A DNA stretch of 53,849 nt from Atractiella rhizophila (Eukaryota): contig MU271489.1 of the NCBI GenBank assembly GCA_021432655.1, forward strand, positions 1-53,849, given 5' to 3'. The position numbers and the translations under genes are program-made. Of this stretch, positions 49,405 through 53,849 are shown in pieces (the stretch's first letter is position 1; each line of letters begins with the position of its first letter). The notes under the pieces are model-generated. The model saw only the letters and a program-made list of their open reading frames with translations. It was not told the DNA's origin and did not search any database.

Positions 49405-51528
49405 TTACACGAAGTCGAACGAAGCCTCATATGGCTTTGCCCATAAACCCACATATTTCGAAATTTCATGAGGAACCATAATCTCTACTACCCTGCAATG
49501 AGGAAAATCTTGCCGAAAACGCGAAAAAGAACCCCTAGACAAAGCATCGGAGCAGTTAGCCTTACCCGCTAAATGCTGAGAGTGCACTGTCAAACCTCTG
49601 GCGAACTGCAACTGGTACACTCGTTTCAGCGACTCGTTGATCGGAACGTTTTGCGACCTTCCTCGATTGACGGCGCCTACAACTCCCGAATTGTCTGATC
49701 GGACGAGAATTGATCGTTCGTGCAGTCCTAAACGAAGAAAACCCTTCTCCAACATCCAGTCCAATAATCTCAACCCCAATTCCACCGCGAGCATTTCACC
49801 CCAACCAATCCACGTATTTTCCACGGGTCCCCCCTTCCATACCCATAGCGCCGCACAATCGCCAATAATCGCCGCCATCCCGAACGATGTAGACGCGTCT
49901 CCGATCCAAGAGATGTCGACCGGAGCCATGGAAGGGATTAATTGACGAATGGGGGCGTTCATGAGGAAAAAGAGCCAGACTTCCAAATCCGCTTGGACTG
50001 AATTGTTGAGCGAGCGGGACACTGAGGGCTGAAAACCCCATTCCTTCTGAAATGCGATTAAGCTGGCCAAGTACGGTTTGCCTTGAGGGATGATGTACGT
50101 GAGGTGCACCAGTCGCCCATGCATGCGCTCTACGTCCTTGGCCGTGCACACAAACCCGTCCCCCAACCATTCTCACACCATTCCTAAGATTTTGTCATAC
50201 TTCTCCCGCTTCAACTCTACCGTCTTCAACGAAAGATCCCATTCGAACCCGACGTACGGGCAGCGAAAAGCGAAGTCCTTGCATTTCGCCTCGTTCCACG
50301 CCACGCCATAAGAAACCATGCCGTTGAAGAAACCCGCTAGGTCGTATTTGTAAGGCGGGGATCGAAAGATCGCCTTGTCGTCCACCCACTTCTTGATGGG
50401 ACCGTAGCCGTGGGACTCTGTGAGCGCCACCAACGCATCTCCTACTCGGCCGTAGATCATTGGCATTGGCGCCAGTCCGAAGCAACCGCACTTGTCGATG
50501 TAGAAATGCCCCGGTCGGATCTGAACAACAAGCCAACATCGAACCGAGGGATGCGAGGGGATGAGGCGAAAAGCTGACTTGACATCCACAACCGCCGCCT
50601 GTGCGCCAGGGGGAGCCTCCAAGACCGCTGCCGCCATGTCCTTGAAGGAATCCCATCCACACTCGTACTTCTCTGTTTCCGCCCTTGTATTCACCGATAG
50701 AAGGCCCCCATCTTGTCCTGCCCCTATCGCTCGCTCCTCTCCCTCATCCAACTGTTCTTTATCCACCAACTCCGCCCAATCTACTACTTTCCCAAACAGC
50801 CTCCCTTCCTTCTTCAACACCGTTTTCTTTCTCGCATAGTAATCCCTTCTATCTTTCTTCCACCTCTTCCACAACCACCAAGGGACTTTCCTGTCCTTAG
50901 GGAAAGATAAGTCTTGTATCAAGCGATATTCTCCTGGCTCCGACTTGGGAACGACTGCCAAGGGCGATGACTGAAAAGGGGAACCCAGCAGTTCCTCAAC
51001 CTGCTCCTTCGTAAACGGACCTGCATACCGTTCTAAACGCACCTCCTCCGCTGCGTACTCGTCTAAGAATGATTGGTATTGTGCAGCTGAGGGGTGGTTG
51101 TCGGGAGTGAAGGTGAAGGAAGGGGGGGAGTTGAGTCCGTCCACTTTGAAACCGTGAGCCAGAGTAGAAACCACATCCTGGAACTGATCCAGGAGTCCTG
51201 AAACCGTTAAACCATTGATCCACACCGGCGTATTAAGAGGCGTCACCAATTCCTTCGCACGCGCAAAGTCTTCGCTCGAGAGCGTCGACGGCGGCGAAGG
51301 AAGAATCCGTTCAGGACGAAGAGGATGTGGCGCTGCCGCGCCTAGTTTCGACGGATGGGCATTGCCGGGCTGAATGAGCTTCTCCACAGATGGTGCATGA
51401 ATGGTTGTACTTGCAGTTTGTGTTGAAGTTGCAATGGTTGATGTTGAACTGAGAACATGCGACGCGTCCTTGGGGGTCGAGGAGGGCCGAAAGAGGGAGG
51501 GACTGCTTCTTGATGGGCTTTCCCGCAA
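49405..51528 (-). CDS. Pol (reverse transcriptase plus RNase H) of the element, with one in-frame TGA
   Basis: FQSSPLAVVPK, YRLIQDLSFP, VVDVKSAFRLIP, FGLAPMP, KKWVDD, YVGFEWD; RNaseH IGDASTSFG, WGEMLAVELG, VRSDNSGV, ANCSDALSRG. The two listed ORFs share a frame across TGA 50175-50173. Confidence 0.92.
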
Positions 51529-53375
51529 CTGTGGTTGACTCCTTGCATCACTGCCCTATTCTTGAGCTCAGCCACATAACTGCTGCACACTACAATCGAC
51601 CTACATGTCCTACTACCGCAGACCGCTTTATCCTTTCCACACTGGATGCAACAGCTAAAGGCAACGCTACCCGCTGCCGATTGGCGTCTCTCGTAGGGAG
51701 ACGTGGAGCCGCTCCAAAAGGGCTGGCCGTTTCTCTGAGAGGGTGCGCGATTCGAGGGTGAAGGAAAAGGTGTCGCGGTTGGTCTTGAGACAATCGAATG
51801 CAGCGATTCTCGTACCACCGACTGATACAGCGACTCGAACACAGCCGAGTTGCTGATATCGGGCCACGCTCTCGATCCGTTCCCCAGATCCTTGCCTGAA
51901 ACTGCGTGTTGATTCCTGTGGCGAATATCTGCATCGCGGATGACCGGCCAGTTCTCTGCCGATCCTCTCCCCTCGCCGTAGTAGATACCCTCCACCAAAT
52001 CAATGTATCTTTCCCAACACGCCGCCGCTCCTTCGTGCTTGTCCTCTGCCTCTCGAAAAATTCTCAACAGGACCTTCGCCGCCCCGTACCATTCATCGAA
52101 GGAGAGCAGCTTGTCCTTCCCTTTGAAGTTCTTCAGGATATGTTCCACCGAGTTGGTGGCGTAAACTGTGGTGCCGAGGTTGAGATCGATTGCGACTTTG
52201 TCTGACATGTTGGGGGTACGCGTTTTGTTGAATCCGGGCGAATAGGCGGCCATTTCGAGGAACGCGTGCGGATTCTTCTTCGCATGTTCATACAACTTGA
52301 CATGCAGCCACTGTTTCACCGCACATTTCATCAGCTCCATTCTCAATCACAATCCCCTGTGAAACACAGCACACCATGACAGTCTACAACACAACTGTAT
52401 TAACACAAGAAACTGGGACATAATGCAGTCTCCCAACACAATCCCGCTACCTGTAACGCAACGCAGGCAGCTGTCAACACGGCTCTATTAACCTGCTAAC
52501 CGGTAACGCAACGCATGGCGGCTGCCAACACAGCTGCACTAACTGGCTAACCAGTAACGCAAAGAATGCAGTTGTCAACACAACTGCGCGAGAAAAGCTG
52601 GCCAACCAGTACTGCAACGCAATGCAGCAACGCAATGCAGAGACCGCTGCAAGAACTGGCTAACCAGTGACGCGACGCTTTACAACTGCCTACACAGTTG
52701 TATACTTCTTAACTGAGCCAAATGCTCTAACGCAAAACGCAACGCAGGCTGACAGAACAGCTTCTGCAGCCCGGCTAACCAGTACTGCACGCGCAACGCC
52801 AGCTAACTGGCGGACGCCCAAAACTCCAAGCATCATTGTCCCGACAACAAACGAAACACTCACTGGAGGACACACGCCTGAAACTCTTGCTGTCCCATCT
52901 ATCACAGACATTCCTCCCTCCTTTTCTTTCTCCTTCGTAACTGAGCTGGTGAGATTTTGGACAAGATTGCCGATAGAATCGAGGAACTTGGTGATGGCTA
53001 CCTGCGATGCCGATTCTGAAGTATTCACCCAGCCCGACGCGTTCAGGATGCCTTGAAGTCGCCCTTCCTTAGCCAGGCGTTGTAGGGAGTCGAAGAAAAC
53101 TCGATCCGACGCGTTTTCCGCATTTCCTGCTCCTGATTCCACGCCACCGGGTCCGGACGCGTGCGAACCCGATACAACACCACCCTCCGTTGCCTGGCTT
53201 CCTATCCCTTCTCTTCCTTCTCCTTCTCTCAGACCACTTGCCAATCCTCTCTCCCCCCAATTGTTTCCCAAAGCGCCAGACATGCCTCCTGCAAACAAGT
53301 TCTCCAGAGACTCAGAGGACGTCATTCCACCTTGCCCTCCACTCCCGCCATCGTTTCCTGCCATATCGGCCATTA
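51311..53375 (-). CDS. Gag-like ORF1 of the element, apparently spliced, ending in CCCH and CCHC zinc fingers
   Basis: ORFs 52690-53451 and 51342-52346 join through a phase-0 intron (52863-52311). A 49-nt intron (51604-51556) shifts into a frame encoding CSQFNINHCNFNTNCKYNHSCTICGEAHSARQC, which stops at 51311. Start is approximate (MADMAG). Confidence 0.65.
52380..52815. repeat. Degenerate tandem repeat array (about 50-60 bp units) inside the element
   Basis: Recurring aactggctaaccagt(a)acgcaacgca and cagctgtcaacac-like motifs. Confidence 0.75.
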
Positions 53376-53606
53376 TCTTGAACTGAGTGAATCTAGAGAA
53401 GGAGAGCTGTTGGGAGGTGCCGAATGAAGTTTTTGCGCTTTTAGGACGCATGAAAACTCACTTGAGTGAGCTGATCTGCTGAGAGGGAATGGCGAAGTGG
53501 TTGTGAAAACAAGCAATGACCTCACTTAGCATTCTACAATTTGTTAGAAGGGCGGAAAAGATCTTTCGCTCATGACTCACTTCAGTCTTTTCTGCCACAA
53601 GAAACA

Positions 53607-53849
53607 CGCTCTAACCGGGGGAACGCTGCCAACGCTCAATGCCATCCGAGACCTTATCATTTCAATGCTTAGTGAGCGCTAGTGAGCTTTCATCGTGATC
53701 AAATAACTATCAGCTCATTTCGCTTCCGACACAGTTTTGCCTTTGTCCCACTCGAGAAGCCGTCAGCGGGGAAGTTCCATCCTCACGATGGCCGATGTTG
53801 CAGCTCTCTTGGACGAGCGTGGTCGGACTTCGACGAGGATGCCGTCGAT
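53607..53849 (+). pseudogene. Third decayed copy of the TF fragment, continuing the interrupted duplication unit
   Basis: Matches 44180-44435 (gccaacgctcaatgccatc, catcgtgatcaaataactatcagctcatt, ggggaagttccatcctcacgatggccg). Confidence 0.85.

Larger units (their letters stand above)
47535..53606 (-). mobile_element. Tyrosine-recombinase retrotransposon (DIRS order, Ngaro-like gag/RT-RNaseH/YR), about 6.07 kb, inactivated
   Basis: gag, RT, RNaseH and YR lie in order on the minus strand. Boundaries come from the empty paralogous site at 44161-44200; AAGAAACA occurs at 47527-47534 and 53599-53606. Confidence 0.92.

Noticed and set aside
52380..52815. Repeat array as a CRISPR-like locus next to an RT
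   Set aside because: Units are degenerate without unique spacers, there are no cas genes, and the context is a eukaryotic retrotransposon.
53532..53550. ttctacaatttgttagaa hairpin and weak inverted match to 47535-47546 as terminal inverted repeats
   Set aside because: The match is short and imperfect, is not at the terminus, and is better explained as an intron branch site and acceptor on the minus strand.

Overview
Intron-rich fungal genomic DNA, most likely a basidiomycete (inferred from 50-70 nt GT-AG introns, DUF6534, LtrA, Zn2Cys6 and GPI-type chitin deacetylase families). The ORF track shows exons rather than genes, so I spliced models by hand. Left to right: SWIM-finger Sws1/ZSWIM7 homologue; hypothetical protein; AIF/AMID-like flavoprotein; DUF6534 membrane protein; five tandem enoyl-reductase-like MDR genes; CE4 chitin deacetylase; a decayed F-box-like gene; LtrA-family membrane protein spanning an N-gap; mitochondrial Hsp78; a gene with six tandem Zn2Cys6-like clusters; a Zn2Cys6/Fungal_trans transcription factor; a ~3.3 kb tandem duplication carrying F-box-like genes and transcription-factor fragments; and a ~6.07 kb tyrosine-recombinase retrotransposon (gag, RT/RNaseH, YR; minus strand). 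The element is the most striking item. Its ends can be mapped against an empty paralogous site in the same window, it is bounded by an 8-bp repeat, I see no terminal or split repeats, it appears to carry several spliceosomal introns, and it has four in-frame TGA codons consistent with CGA>TGA decay. All family assignments come from motif recognition by eye; no searches were run.
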